DNA of 64,000 bases. It comes from a bacterium. GTDB lineage: Bacteria > Zhuqueibacterota > Zhuqueibacteria > Oceanimicrobiales > Oceanimicrobiaceae. Each line of letters starts with the position of its first letter. The first letter of the stretch is position 1. The notes under the pieces are model-generated. The model did not search any database and had not been told where the DNA came from. It saw nothing but the letters and a program-made list of their open reading frames with translations. A program made the position numbers and the translations under genes. The stretch is taken from contig JBBIIG010000013.1 in assembly GCA_037446635.1 (NCBI GenBank), positions 1 to 64,000 of the forward strand. Reading direction: 5' to 3'. Shown in pieces: positions 39,045-48,034 of the stretch.

Positions 39045-40333
39045 AAACGGTTGCAGGATGCAGTTTAAGTTTGATCATCTACTCGATTCTCGCGGCAGTG
39101 GTCTATTCACAACAAGACCAAAGCATACTGGTCAATCGCATGAAGCAGCACGAGAACGACATCGTGAACACCTACCTCGAATACCAGAAACTTTATTATG
39201 AGGACAAGGCTCGCGTCAACGAACTGCACGCCTTCGAGGATTTGTTGACGGTTTACATCAATCAGGTCGCGGAGATTTACGAGACCCTCAATCTCTCTGA
39301 AAAGAAAACGCAAACGCCGCGTGACATCGCCGCCCGCGCGCTCATTTTCAAAGCCTTGATGTATCTCGAAAAGGCGCCGCTCAATCCGGAATATTTTGAA
39401 AAGGCGTGTTACGAATATTACGAGGCCCTCAACCTTTACAACGGCGTCGATGATCCGCCGGTCATCTTCAAAGACCTGCCGCAGACCATTCAAAGCGGCG
39501 ATAAAATTTATTACCGCCTGATGGACATTCTCGATGATAAAGGCAAAGGGTTGTTTGAATTCGGCAAAGTGGTCATTTCATTCAGAAATTTTCGAGTGAC
39601 CGCGAATTTTGATCCGCAGATGATCGAGCTAATCAAAGTCGAGGACGCGCAAACGCTGAGGTCGCCCAATACCTATCGCCTGGCCAGCCCGAGAATCGTT
39701 CATGCTTTCGACGAAGTTTTCCGCCGCGCGCGGGAGGTCGAGACCTACGTGGCGCTGCCGCAAGGCACTTATATTTTGCGGTTGAACAATCCCACCGCCA
39801 ATAATAACGCCTACACGCCGCTGACCAGATTTTATGTCAGCGCGAACCAGGAACAGTTTTATATTCTCGAGCCGCTGGCCGATTGGATCATTCTCTACGA
39901 AAACCCCACCAGCAAGCGGCCGGATTTCTACAAATTTCGCCGTACCAGCCAAAGTGGCAATTCCCCAAACGCCACCAACAACATCGGGTTTCCCTCTCAA
40001 ACGAACGGCTCATCGCACAAAAGCGCCTCCAGCCAGCAAGCCGGCGCCAACACTCACGAACAATTGGTGGCGGAAATCGTGTCGGTTTATCTGCCGCAGT
40101 TCGATATCAAGCTTATGTTTGATCTGAACGATCCGAATATCAGCGGCAACGCCGTTCAAATTATTTCCCGCGCCGTAGTGGAATACGTCGAAAGCCGCGC
40201 TTTTTATAACGAATGGAATTTGTGGACCGCCAGTTGGGACATTTCCAAAAAAGTACGGGAGATTATCAGCCCCGGCAGCTTTATTCCCATCGAGCTGGTT
40301 GAGTTGATTTACAAAGTTCTCCGCGAGCTTTAG
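39041..40333 (+). CDS. Hypothetical exported protein
   Basis: Signal peptide; ATGA overlap; N-terminal domain aligns by eye with upstream gene. Confidence 0.8.
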   Translation: MKTVAGCSLSLIIYSILAAVVYSQQDQSILVNRMKQHENDIVNTYLEYQKLYYEDKARVNELHAFEDLLTVYINQVAEIYETLNLSEKKTQTPRDIAARALIFKALMYLEKAPLNPEYFEKACYEYYEALNLYNGVDDPPVIFKDLPQTIQSGDKIYYRLMDILDDKGKGLFEFGKVVISFRNFRVTANFDPQMIELIKVEDAQTLRSPNTYRLASPRIVHAFDEVFRRAREVETYVALPQGTYILRLNNPTANNNAYTPLTRFYVSANQEQFYILEPLADWIILYENPTSKRPDFYKFRRTSQSGNSPNATNNIGFPSQTNGSSHKSASSQQAGANTHEQLVAEIVSVYLPQFDIKLMFDLNDPNISGNAVQIISRAVVEYVESRAFYNEWNLWTASWDISKKVREIISPGSFIPIELVELIYKVLREL

Positions 40334-40434
40334 CCGTTTGCCCTCCAAAATCTGATTTTTCCACAAGATTTTTTTCTTGCTTCTTTGCGAGCGCTTTTTT
40401 ATTATCCAACTCTTAATAATCCAACCGCTAAAAC

Positions 40435-40575
40435 ATGAGTGAGAAGCCTGTTGCCAACGAAGAAACGCGCAAGAAATTGAAAGAGGCGTTTCAGAAGTTG
40501 CAGGGGACGCCCTTCGTAAAAACCGATGGCAAGCAAAACGACGAGGAAAAGACTGATTTTCCGAGTAAGAAATAG
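40435..40575 (+). CDS. Small hypothetical protein (46 aa, MSEKPVANEE...)
   Basis: Read directly from sequence; charged, plausible codons; TTGCTT-17-TATTAT upstream. Confidence 0.45.
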   Translation: MSEKPVANEETRKKLKEAFQKLQGTPFVKTDGKQNDEEKTDFPSKK

Positions 40576-40647
40576 CGTTTTCGCTTTAAGTTATCGCATC
40601 CTGTTTTTTCGCCATTTCTAAAAATATTTATTCCCTTTCGTTTTCAC

Positions 40648-41001
40648 ATGCCGGCGCTCGCTTTTGAAAAACGAAAATTTCCGCGCATCGATACGTCAAA
40701 GCAAGCGGGTTGTCAAATTAGAGTCTTTGGCGTAAAGGGCAAACCCCTGGTGGGTAAGGTCGTCAACATTAGCCTGGGTGGGGTAGCTTTTGTCAGCAGT
40801 TATAAAAATATTTCCCAAGCGCTGAAAAAGTACTCGACCAAAGTGAAGATTCAATTGCCCGAACTTGATCCCATTGAAGCTAGCACCACGTTGTTGCGTA
40901 TTCGCCCAGAGCCAGCCGGCGAGGACTGTCTCTTCGTGATGAAATTGACCGATATGAATGGCAACAGCGCCACCCGCCTGCAAAAATTTATTTCGATCTA
41001 A
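40648..41001 (+). CDS. PilZ domain (c-di-GMP binding) protein
   Basis: EKRKFPR (RxxxR) and NISLGG motifs. Confidence 0.85.
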   Translation: MPALAFEKRKFPRIDTSKQAGCQIRVFGVKGKPLVGKVVNISLGGVAFVSSYKNISQALKKYSTKVKIQLPELDPIEASTTLLRIRPEPAGEDCLFVMKLTDMNGNSATRLQKFISI

Positions 41002-41103
41002 CAGAGGAAATCCCGTGTCAAATACAAGAGTTGGGTGAAACTTGATTTTGTTCCAAATTTCTCTATCTTTGGGCAGACAAATTTCAAATAACGGAGGACA
41101 AAT

Positions 41104-42339
41104 ATGGATCGACAGGTTATCGATGATTTGGTTTTGAAAGGTAAGAAAGTTTTGACGCGCGTGGATTTCAACGTGCCACTCGAGAACGGCAAAGTCAAGG
41201 ATGATACCCGCATTCGCGCCGCGCTGCCCACCATCAAAAAAATTATCGACGACGGCGGCAAACTGATTTTGATGTCCCACCTCGGCCGGCCCAAAGGCCA
41301 GGGCGCGGAACCGGCTTATAGCCTGCAGCCTGTGGCCGCGCATCTCTCCCAGCTTTTGGGAAAGGAAGTCAAAATGGCGCCCGATTGTGTTGGCGAAGAA
41401 GTGGAGAAAATGGCCAATTCTTTGAACGAAGGCGAAATTCTCATGCTCGAAAACACTCGCTTTCATAAAGCCGAAACCAAGAATGATCCGGAGTTCTCCA
41501 AAAAGTTGGCCAGCCTCGGCGAAGTTTATGTCAACGATGCCTTTGGCGCGATTCACCGTGCGCACGCTTCCACCGAAGGCGTCGCAAAGATTCTGAAAGA
41601 ATCGGCTGCGGGCTACCTGTTGCAAGCGGAGATCGAGAATCTCACCCAGCTCATCGAGTCTCCCGAAAAACCGTACGTCGTCATCCTCGGCGGCGCCAAA
41701 GTGAGCGATAAAATTCAGGTGATTCACAACCTCATCACCAAAGTCAGCGCCATGCTCATCGGCGGCGGCATGGCTTATACTTTTTTGAAGGCGAAAGAAA
41801 TCGCAATCGGCGACTCGATCCTCGACGCCGAACATCTCGCCATGGCTTACAACATGCTGGTGGTGGCACGCAATCCGCATCCCTACAAAAAACTGAAATT
41901 CATTCTGCCGCAAGATCATCTCATCGCCCGCACTGGTAACGACGCTGAGCATAAAGTCTGCGAAACCATTGCTATCCCCGCCGGCTGGAAGGGCGTGGAC
42001 ATCGGCCCCAAAACCATCGCTGAGTTTAAAGAGCAGATCGCCACGGCGAAGACTGTTTTTTGGAACGGCCCGATGGGGATTTTTGAAAACGACGCCTTTG
42101 CGCGCGGCACCGTCGAAATCGCGAAAGCCGTGGCCGCGGCCACAGAACGCGGCGCGTTCACCGTGGTTGGCGGCGGCGATTCCATCGCAGCCATTGAAAA
42201 GGCCGGCGTGGCCGATAAAATTTCCCACGTCTCCACCGGCGGCGGCGCGTCGCTCGAATTTTTGGCGGGCATCGATTTGCCGGGAATCACGGCGCTGGCC
42301 AAAGCCAAGAAAAAGCCGGAGCCGGCGAAGGCGGCGTAG
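41104..42339 (+). CDS. pgk: Phosphoglycerate kinase
   Basis: RVDFNVP, SHLGRP, LENTRF, GGAKVSDK, WNGPMG, STGGGASLE. Confidence 0.98.
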   Translation: MDRQVIDDLVLKGKKVLTRVDFNVPLENGKVKDDTRIRAALPTIKKIIDDGGKLILMSHLGRPKGQGAEPAYSLQPVAAHLSQLLGKEVKMAPDCVGEEVEKMANSLNEGEILMLENTRFHKAETKNDPEFSKKLASLGEVYVNDAFGAIHRAHASTEGVAKILKESAAGYLLQAEIENLTQLIESPEKPYVVILGGAKVSDKIQVIHNLITKVSAMLIGGGMAYTFLKAKEIAIGDSILDAEHLAMAYNMLVVARNPHPYKKLKFILPQDHLIARTGNDAEHKVCETIAIPAGWKGVDIGPKTIAEFKEQIATAKTVFWNGPMGIFENDAFARGTVEIAKAVAAATERGAFTVVGGGDSIAAIEKAGVADKISHVSTGGGASLEFLAGIDLPGITALAKAKKKPEPAKAA

Positions 42340-42350
42340 GTCATGGCCAT

Positions 42351-42379
42351 GTGCTACGCACTTTAAAAGTGTGTAGCAC
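42351..42379. repeat. Intergenic palindrome (REP-like)
   Basis: gtgctacgcacttt-a-aaagtgtgtagcac. Confidence 0.6.
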
Positions 42380-42452
42380 GTAGTGAATTTTGTTGGAATG
42401 TTCTCTCCGATTCTTTGGTTTTGAATATTTGAAACGAAATGGGCGTGAGAGA

Positions 42453-42800
42453 ATGCTAAAACAATTTTTCATAACAGGGGCGATTTTGCTGACCCTGCTT
42501 TCGGCCGGCGAAGCACTGCCACAGATTTCTGAAGCAGAAAGGTCCGTTGCAGCGAATTGCCAACCCGACACATTGAGCAAACCACACGACCAAAACGCCG
42601 CGGCGGTGGCACCACGTTTGTTTCCAACGCCGAATCAATTTCAAGAATATCGAATACCGCTTGATGTTTTCAAATATGATACGTCCAAAGAAAATCCGGA
42701 GCATCGCTGTTATGAAATCGTCAAGCCAATTTCAAAGAGCTACCATTTCGTTTTCAATTTGATTTTGATCGAAAAATTTACCACGGGCGGCGCGCGATGA
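42453..42800 (+). CDS. Hypothetical exported protein
   Basis: Signal-peptide-like N-terminus; followed by terminator. Confidence 0.55.
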   Translation: MLKQFFITGAILLTLLSAGEALPQISEAERSVAANCQPDTLSKPHDQNAAAVAPRLFPTPNQFQEYRIPLDVFKYDTSKENPEHRCYEIVKPISKSYHFVFNLILIEKFTTGGAR

Positions 42801-42833
42801 ACAGAAAGCTTGTTCATGGTAACCTCCTATAAC

Positions 42834-42863
42834 AAAAGCCCCGGCCAAAAGCTGGGGCTTTTT
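42834..42863. terminator. Intrinsic terminator (possibly bidirectional)
   Basis: aaaagccccggc-caaaa-gctggggcttttt. Confidence 0.8.
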
Positions 42864-42876
42864 ATTTAAAAATAGA

Positions 42877-42905
42877 TTGACAAAGTTGGCAAACATTAAT
42901 ATAAT
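42877..42905 (+). promoter_or_regulatory. Consensus sigma70 promoter
   Basis: TTGACA-17 bp-TATAAT, exact consensus. Confidence 0.85.
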
Positions 42906-42932
42906 TTCTCTGCAAAAAATGACTACGATTTT

Positions 42933-43823
42933 ATGCCCACGCGCTTAAATAAAACCCGCCAGAAATTAACCCTCTTCAAATTTGATCCCAACCGCCGTTT
43001 ATCAAAAGACATTTTAATCAACGAAGACGAAATTTTCTGCCACCCCCTCGGCTCAACGGAGCCGGCTTGTTTTTTAGGCGTGGTGGCGCCGGAACAATTG
43101 GAGTCTCTGTTTCAGCGCTTCCAAGTTTTTGCCGGATTGAGGAAAATGGGATTTGAGAACGTCGTTCTCGAATCCCATTCGAAAGATGGCTACAATCACG
43201 TCTTCCGAGTTTTCTGCAACGATACCATACTGATTGAGGCGGTGCTTCATAAAGCAACGTTGCCGCTGGGCAAGTCAGCAAAAAGGTCTGCGGCACAGGA
43301 TGTCCTGTTTGTGGAATGGCTGCTCCTGCAAAATCCCTTTCGTGATTTTGACGAACAGCGGCCGCAGCTTCCCGGCCAGCGCCGGCCAGGGCTCGGGTTG
43401 GCCAAAGAGGTTATGAACGTTCTGGTTGAGCTGACGAAACTGTGTGGATTGGGAGGTCTGGCGGCTGTGCCCGGACACTATCACAACGCGGTGATTTTTT
43501 CGAAATCCTTCAAGTATTTGAATGCGGACTGCGAGGGCAAACTGCGCGCCCTGCGTCGCGATCTTTCGGAGTTTCCGCTGGCAATGGTTTCCTGGGCGGT
43601 GGAATTGAATTGCGTCAAGAACGCCGACACGGGAGACTACTTGAACTGGTTCGTCGATTGGCAGGTGTTGGGAATGAGCGAGCGTTTAAAAAAATATTTT
43701 GCGTCCGGCGAGTACCGCAATTGTGTCAATCGAACGTTTCGAGAGTCGCACTATATTTTGGATGAAGCCAAGTTCGAAGTTGAAAAGGAGAAGATTCCGC
43801 GCCTGGCGGAGGTGATTATTTGA
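42933..43823 (+). CDS. Hypothetical protein, possible GNAT-like acetyltransferase
   Basis: VEWLLLQNP..F...RPQLPGQ..PGLG..P.HYHNA motif, resembling the domain fused to some bacterial deacetylases (recall, unverified). Confidence 0.6.
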   Translation: MPTRLNKTRQKLTLFKFDPNRRLSKDILINEDEIFCHPLGSTEPACFLGVVAPEQLESLFQRFQVFAGLRKMGFENVVLESHSKDGYNHVFRVFCNDTILIEAVLHKATLPLGKSAKRSAAQDVLFVEWLLLQNPFRDFDEQRPQLPGQRRPGLGLAKEVMNVLVELTKLCGLGGLAAVPGHYHNAVIFSKSFKYLNADCEGKLRALRRDLSEFPLAMVSWAVELNCVKNADTGDYLNWFVDWQVLGMSERLKKYFASGEYRNCVNRTFRESHYILDEAKFEVEKEKIPRLAEVII

Positions 43824-43846
43824 AACCGAGAGCGGAAGCGAGTGTC

Positions 43847-44722
43847 ATGAAAATTGGATTTGTCGGGTTGGGCATCATGGGCCAGTTCATGAGCTTGAAT
43901 TTGATTAAAGCCGGATTCAAACTCACCGTTTGGAATCGCACCAAAGATAAAACCACTTCATTGAAAGCAGCCGGCGCCAGCGTTGCTGAGACCCTCGCCG
44001 ATTTAGCGGCCGCCAGCGATGTTATCATCACGATGGTGAACGACACGCCGGACGTCGAGGAAGTGATATTCGGACAACAAGGTCTGATCACGGGATTGGC
44101 TAAAGGAAAAATCGTGATCGATATGAGCACCATCAGTCCAGAAGCCACGGAAGATTTTGCAGCGCGTTTGCGAAAGCTCGGCTGCGAAATGTTGGATGCC
44201 CCGGTCTCCGGCGGCGACACCGGCGCACGCAACGCCACGTTGACCATCATGGTAGGAGGAAAGCAGAATATTTTTGAGAAATGCCGACCCATTTTTCAAG
44301 CACTGGGAAAAAATATTTTTTACTGCGGCCATCACGGCAACGGCCAACGCACCAAAATGATCAATCAGGTTTTGTGTGGACTGCACGCGGTGGCGCTTTC
44401 GGAAGCGTTTATCCTCGCGGAAAAAGTGGGGCTCGATTTGCAGGTCATGCACCAAGTTGTTTCCAGCGGCGCGGCCGGCTCGTGGGCGTTGAGCAACTAC
44501 GGCCCGCGCGTTCTCAACGGCGACTTTGCCCCCGGTTTCAAGTTGAAAATGCAGCACAAAGACCTGCGCATTGCTCATGAAACCGCGCAAAGATTTGACG
44601 AAGATTTTAAAGGCATCGAGTTGGCATTTCAACTCTACACCGAGGCCGTGAAAAAGGGATTGGGAGATTTTGGATCGCACGCGCTCATCAAGCTATATCA
44701 AAACGACGCGGGGAAAACGTGA
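43847..44722 (+). CDS. 3-hydroxyisobutyrate/tartronate-semialdehyde reductase family oxidoreductase
   Basis: GFVGLGIMG, DMSTISP, LDAPVSGG, KDL. Confidence 0.92.
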   Translation: MKIGFVGLGIMGQFMSLNLIKAGFKLTVWNRTKDKTTSLKAAGASVAETLADLAAASDVIITMVNDTPDVEEVIFGQQGLITGLAKGKIVIDMSTISPEATEDFAARLRKLGCEMLDAPVSGGDTGARNATLTIMVGGKQNIFEKCRPIFQALGKNIFYCGHHGNGQRTKMINQVLCGLHAVALSEAFILAEKVGLDLQVMHQVVSSGAAGSWALSNYGPRVLNGDFAPGFKLKMQHKDLRIAHETAQRFDEDFKGIELAFQLYTEAVKKGLGDFGSHALIKLYQNDAGKT

Positions 44723-45114
44723 AGCCAGTCGCCAGTCGCGCCAAACGATTTTGGGTGGTGTACGCAGCGCTAATTGTTTTGGCGGCGGTTTTTATCGTGC
44801 CACTTTGCGGGTGGCTCTATCAATGCGGTTGCACATTTTTGTGGGCGGGCGCCGCGCGTTACTGCAACATCCATCACGCGGAGGGGCCGCATTGTCCGTG
44901 GTGCGTGGCCGGAGGAGAACCTTTGCCCACAACTGCGCTGGGATTCTTACTATTTGCACCGCCGGCCATCGCCATTCATTGGTTCAACAAAAAGCCGGAA
45001 GCCTCGATCCCAAAGCTGTTTGTCGCCGGCTTGCTGACCTTTTTGCTCGCCGCGATTATTAGCGGATACATTTTTAAGTTGGTTTACGATTATCCCTATT
45101 TCTTTTTTAAGTGA
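44719..45114 (+). CDS. Cys-rich hypothetical membrane protein
   Basis: Three TMs; C...CGC...CNIH...HCPWC. Confidence 0.7.
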   Translation: MKPVASRAKRFWVVYAALIVLAAVFIVPLCGWLYQCGCTFLWAGAARYCNIHHAEGPHCPWCVAGGEPLPTTALGFLLFAPPAIAIHWFNKKPEASIPKLFVAGLLTFLLAAIISGYIFKLVYDYPYFFFK

Positions 45115-45137
45115 ACGGGTCCGCTGTCAGGCAGTTA

Positions 45138-45172
45138 TCATTAGTCAATAGACAATAATCAATAGTCAATTC
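45138..45172. repeat. Heptameric tandem repeat (TCAATAG)x5, degenerate
   Basis: tcattag tcaatag acaataa tcaatag tcaattc. Confidence 0.6.
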
Positions 45173-45177
45173 AAAAA

Positions 45178-46551
45178 GTGAATTCGAAAACTCGTTCCGA
45201 GCGGTTGGTGGTGATTGGCGGCTGCGCGGCTGGCATGAGCGCCGCCAGCAAAGCCAAACGCATGAACAAAAATCTGCAAGTCATTGCATTGGAGAAAACG
45301 CCGCACGTGTCGTACAGCGCCTGCGGCATCCCGTACTTTGTCGCGGATTTGGTGCGCGAGCCGCGGGAGTTGATTGCCATCACGCTGGAGGAATTTCGCG
45401 AGCAGCGCGGCATCGAGGCGTTGACCCGGCACGAGGTTGTCGAGATTCAGCCGGTGAAGAAGGCCGTTACCGCTATTAATTTAGATTCTGGCAAAGAAAC
45501 AAGGTTTGATTACGACAAGCTGGTAATTGCCGTTGGCGGCGTTCCCCAAAAACCAAATTTGCCAGGCTTGGATGCGAAGAATGTTTTTACTCTGCAGACG
45601 CTGCAGGATGGAATTTACCTTCGCAAATATATTGACGAACACCGCCCGAAACGTGCGGCGATCATCGGCGGCGGGTACATCGCTATGGAAATGGCGGAGG
45701 CCTTTCGCCAGCGTTCCCTCGAGGTGACGGTGATTCAAAAACGCGAGCAGATTTTATCGAGCTTTGAAGCGGATATCGTTGCGAAGGTTGCCGATGAATT
45801 AACCAAAAATGAAGTCAACATATTAACCGGCCGGGAAGCGAGCGCTTTGGAGGTAGAAGACGGTGGAATTGCCAAAAGTGTGGTTTTAACAGACAGCCAA
45901 AAGCTACCGGTGGATTTGGTACTCGTTTCCATTGGCCTTGCCCCCAACACAAAGTTGGCGGAAATGGCCGGTGTGCGAGCGGGCAACACTGGCGCCATCG
46001 CGGTGGATTGGAAAATGCAAACTAACGTACCCAACATTTACGCCGCCGGCGATTGCGTGGAGGTGAAGCATTTGGTCTCCGGCAAACCCGATTACATTCC
46101 CCTCGGCCCGACGGCCAACAAACAGGGCCGCGTGGCTGGCGAAAATATTGGCGGCGGCACCGCGACTTTCAAAGGCGTAGTGGGCACGACGGTTTTCAAA
46201 ACCTTCAATTTAGAAGTGGCGCAAACGGGTTTAAACGTTCAGCAGGCGAAGCAAAGCGGCTTTGAGCCGGATTCAATCACAATTACCGAGAATTCCAAAG
46301 CCGGTTATTATCCCGGCGTCAAGCCCATCACCGTGACGGTGATTTGGGACAAACGCAGCCGGCGCTTGTTGGGCGCGCAGATGGTGGGGGAGGAGGGCGT
46401 CAGCAAGCGCATCGATATTTTTGCGGCGGCGTTCACCAACAAAATGACGCTGGAGGAGATGGCCTATCTCGATCTCAGTTACGCGCCGCCGTTTGCGCCG
46501 GTGTGGGATCCGGTGCTGGTGGCGGTGGCTGCGGCGCGGGGGAAGCGGTGA
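45178..46551 (+). CDS. CoA-disulfide reductase / NADH oxidase family flavoprotein
   Basis: IGG.AAG, SYSACGIPY redox Cys, GGGYI, IYAAGD, LDLSYAPPF. Confidence 0.93.
   Translation: MNSKTRSERLVVIGGCAAGMSAASKAKRMNKNLQVIALEKTPHVSYSACGIPYFVADLVREPRELIAITLEEFREQRGIEALTRHEVVEIQPVKKAVTAINLDSGKETRFDYDKLVIAVGGVPQKPNLPGLDAKNVFTLQTLQDGIYLRKYIDEHRPKRAAIIGGGYIAMEMAEAFRQRSLEVTVIQKREQILSSFEADIVAKVADELTKNEVNILTGREASALEVEDGGIAKSVVLTDSQKLPVDLVLVSIGLAPNTKLAEMAGVRAGNTGAIAVDWKMQTNVPNIYAAGDCVEVKHLVSGKPDYIPLGPTANKQGRVAGENIGGGTATFKGVVGTTVFKTFNLEVAQTGLNVQQAKQSGFEPDSITITENSKAGYYPGVKPITVTVIWDKRSRRLLGAQMVGEEGVSKRIDIFAAAFTNKMTLEEMAYLDLSYAPPFAPVWDPVLVAVAAARGKR
46405..46551 (+). repeat. Repeat R1: 3' end of CoA-disulfide reductase gene
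   Basis: 51-bp core 46486-46536 identical to 47341-47391 and 48092-48142. Confidence 0.95.
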
Positions 46552-46620
46552 AGTGTGTTGATTATCGGTTTAACTTTACTAAATTTAGAGATGAAGTTTT
46601 AAAACATGAGGTCTTGACAA

Positions 46621-46932
46621 ATGATTACCAAAACATTAGATGGCCACATCGAAATGACTGAAGGAATTGCCGGCGGCAAACCGAGGATAGCCGGACATCG
46701 CATCACGGTACAAAATATTGTCATCTGGCATGAAATGTTGGGCCGCAGCGCCGATGAAATCGCAGCCGAATATGATCTCACTTTAGCAGACGTTTATGCA
46801 GCACTCGCTTATTACTATGACCATAGATCTGAAATTGATCAATCCATCGAACAGAGCGACTCTTTTGTCGAAGCCCTGCGTCAAAAAACACCTTCAAAAC
46901 TTGCAGAAAAATTGAATGAGCAAAAAGCTTAA
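46621..46932 (+). CDS. DUF433 family antitoxin
   Basis: GGKPRIAGHRITV, EIAAEY.LTLADVYAALAYYYDH. Confidence 0.92.
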   Translation: MITKTLDGHIEMTEGIAGGKPRIAGHRITVQNIVIWHEMLGRSADEIAAEYDLTLADVYAALAYYYDHRSEIDQSIEQSDSFVEALRQKTPSKLAEKLNEQKA

Positions 46933-47249
46933 GTTCTACACCGATGAGCATGTTCCGAATTCCGTTGTGAAGGGGTTGCGACTACGAGGTATTAACGTTC
47001 TAACAACAAAGGAGGCTGGAATGCTCAGCGCAAGTGATGAGGAGCATATCGCTTTTGCAAAAAAGGAGCAAAGGGTCCTATTCACTCAGGACGAGGATTT
47101 TCTTCGACTGCATTCTAAAGGCGTCGAGCATTGCGGTCTCGTTTTTGCTCATCAGCGTACACCCGTAGGTGATGTAAATTCGTGGGTTGATGCTCATCTA
47201 CCAAGTACTCGATTACAAAGACATGCAAAATCATGTTGAATTTATTTGA
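46916..47249 (+). pseudogene. DUF5615 PIN-like toxin with apparent +1 frameshift near 47177
   Basis: FYTDEHV, SDEE, LFTQDEDF; removing one A from gtaaatt restores ..GDVIRGLMLIYQVLDYKDMQNHVEFI* (stop 47249). Confidence 0.8.
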
Positions 47250-47259
47250 CCACTTTGAT

Positions 47260-47404
47260 AAACAGATCGAAATTTTCACAACGGCGCTCACCAGCAAAAT
47301 GACGCTGAATGAAATGGCATATCTCGATGTGAGTTACGCCCCGCCGTTTGCGCCGGTGTGGGATCCGGTGCTGGTGGCGGTGGCTGCGGCGCGGGAAGCG
47401 GTGA
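47260..47404 (+). repeat. Repeat R2: displaced copy of reductase 3' end
   Basis: Encodes KQIEIFTTALTSKMTLNEMAYLDVSYAPPFAPVWDPVLVAVAAAR; 108 bp identical to R3. Confidence 0.95.
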
Positions 47405-47410
47405 AAGGGT

Positions 47411-47439
47411 TTGATTTCTACTGCGCTAATTATTAAATT
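47411..47439 (+). promoter_or_regulatory. Putative cassette promoter
   Basis: TTGATT-17-TAAATT just after R2; similar TTGATT-16-TAAATT after R1 (46558-46585). Confidence 0.55.
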
Positions 47440-47453
47440 GCTGACGAGTTACA

Positions 47454-47738
47454 ATGAACTTGAACTTTGAATGGGATGAAAACAAAGCCAACGCAAATCT
47501 TAAAAAACACAAGATCAGTTTTGAGGAGGCAAAGACGATTTTTAATGATCCTTTTTTAATGACATTTCCTGATCCATATCATTCAAGTATTGAAAAACGT
47601 TATATCAATTTAGGTTGCTCTTCAAAAGGACGAATTCTGATTGTAATTCACACAGAACGAGGGGCAAATATTCGTCTTATCAGTTGCCGCAAAGCAACCC
47701 CATCGGAACGGAGAGTTTATGAAGAAAAAAAATTCTAA
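47454..47738 (+). CDS. brnT: BrnT family toxin
   Basis: FEWDENKA..N.KKH.ISFEEA..IF.D, IRLISCRKAT..ER..Y. Confidence 0.93.
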   Translation: MNLNFEWDENKANANLKKHKISFEEAKTIFNDPFLMTFPDPYHSSIEKRYINLGCSSKGRILIVIHTERGANIRLISCRKATPSERRVYEEKKF

Positions 47739-48024
47739 GTCAATGGACGTCGATAATGATATGCGTCCTGAATATGATTTCAAAAACATGGCTGGCGGCG
47801 TCCAGGGCAAATACTACAAGGCCTATCGTGCGGGACATATGGTTAAGGTTCATAAAGTGGATGGAACAACCGTTGTCCAGTACTTCAAGCTTGAAGATGG
47901 CGCCGTAATGTTAGAGCCGGACGTGCGAAAATATTTTCCTGACTCGGAAACGGTGAACAAGGCATTACGTTCTTTGATTGATCTCATACCAAGAAAGCGC
48001 CGGGCGGCCATTAAGGAAAATTAA
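47719..48024 (+). CDS. BrnA-like antitoxin
   Basis: MRPEYDF....GKYY, LEPDV..YFPDSE.VNKALR; overlaps brnT. Confidence 0.85.
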   Translation: MKKKNSKSMDVDNDMRPEYDFKNMAGGVQGKYYKAYRAGHMVKVHKVDGTTVVQYFKLEDGAVMLEPDVRKYFPDSETVNKALRSLIDLIPRKRRAAIKEN

Positions 48025-48034
48025 GCCGGCCGCC

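Noticed and set aside
26233..40333. Type VI secretion locus
   Set aside because: Kinase, PP2C and FHA are present, but no tssB/C, hcp, vgrG, clpV or tssM is recognisable.
40696..42228. 510-aa minus-strand ORF
   Set aside because: Antisense shadow of pgk with no recognisable motifs.
42740..42828. 25-aa minus-strand ORF with AGGAGG RBS (possible type I toxin)
   Set aside because: Not hydrophobic, overlaps a plus-strand ORF, and has no other support.
47233..47436. 67-aa ORF as a real gene
   Set aside because: It is the displaced reductase 3' fragment R2 read from an incidental start.
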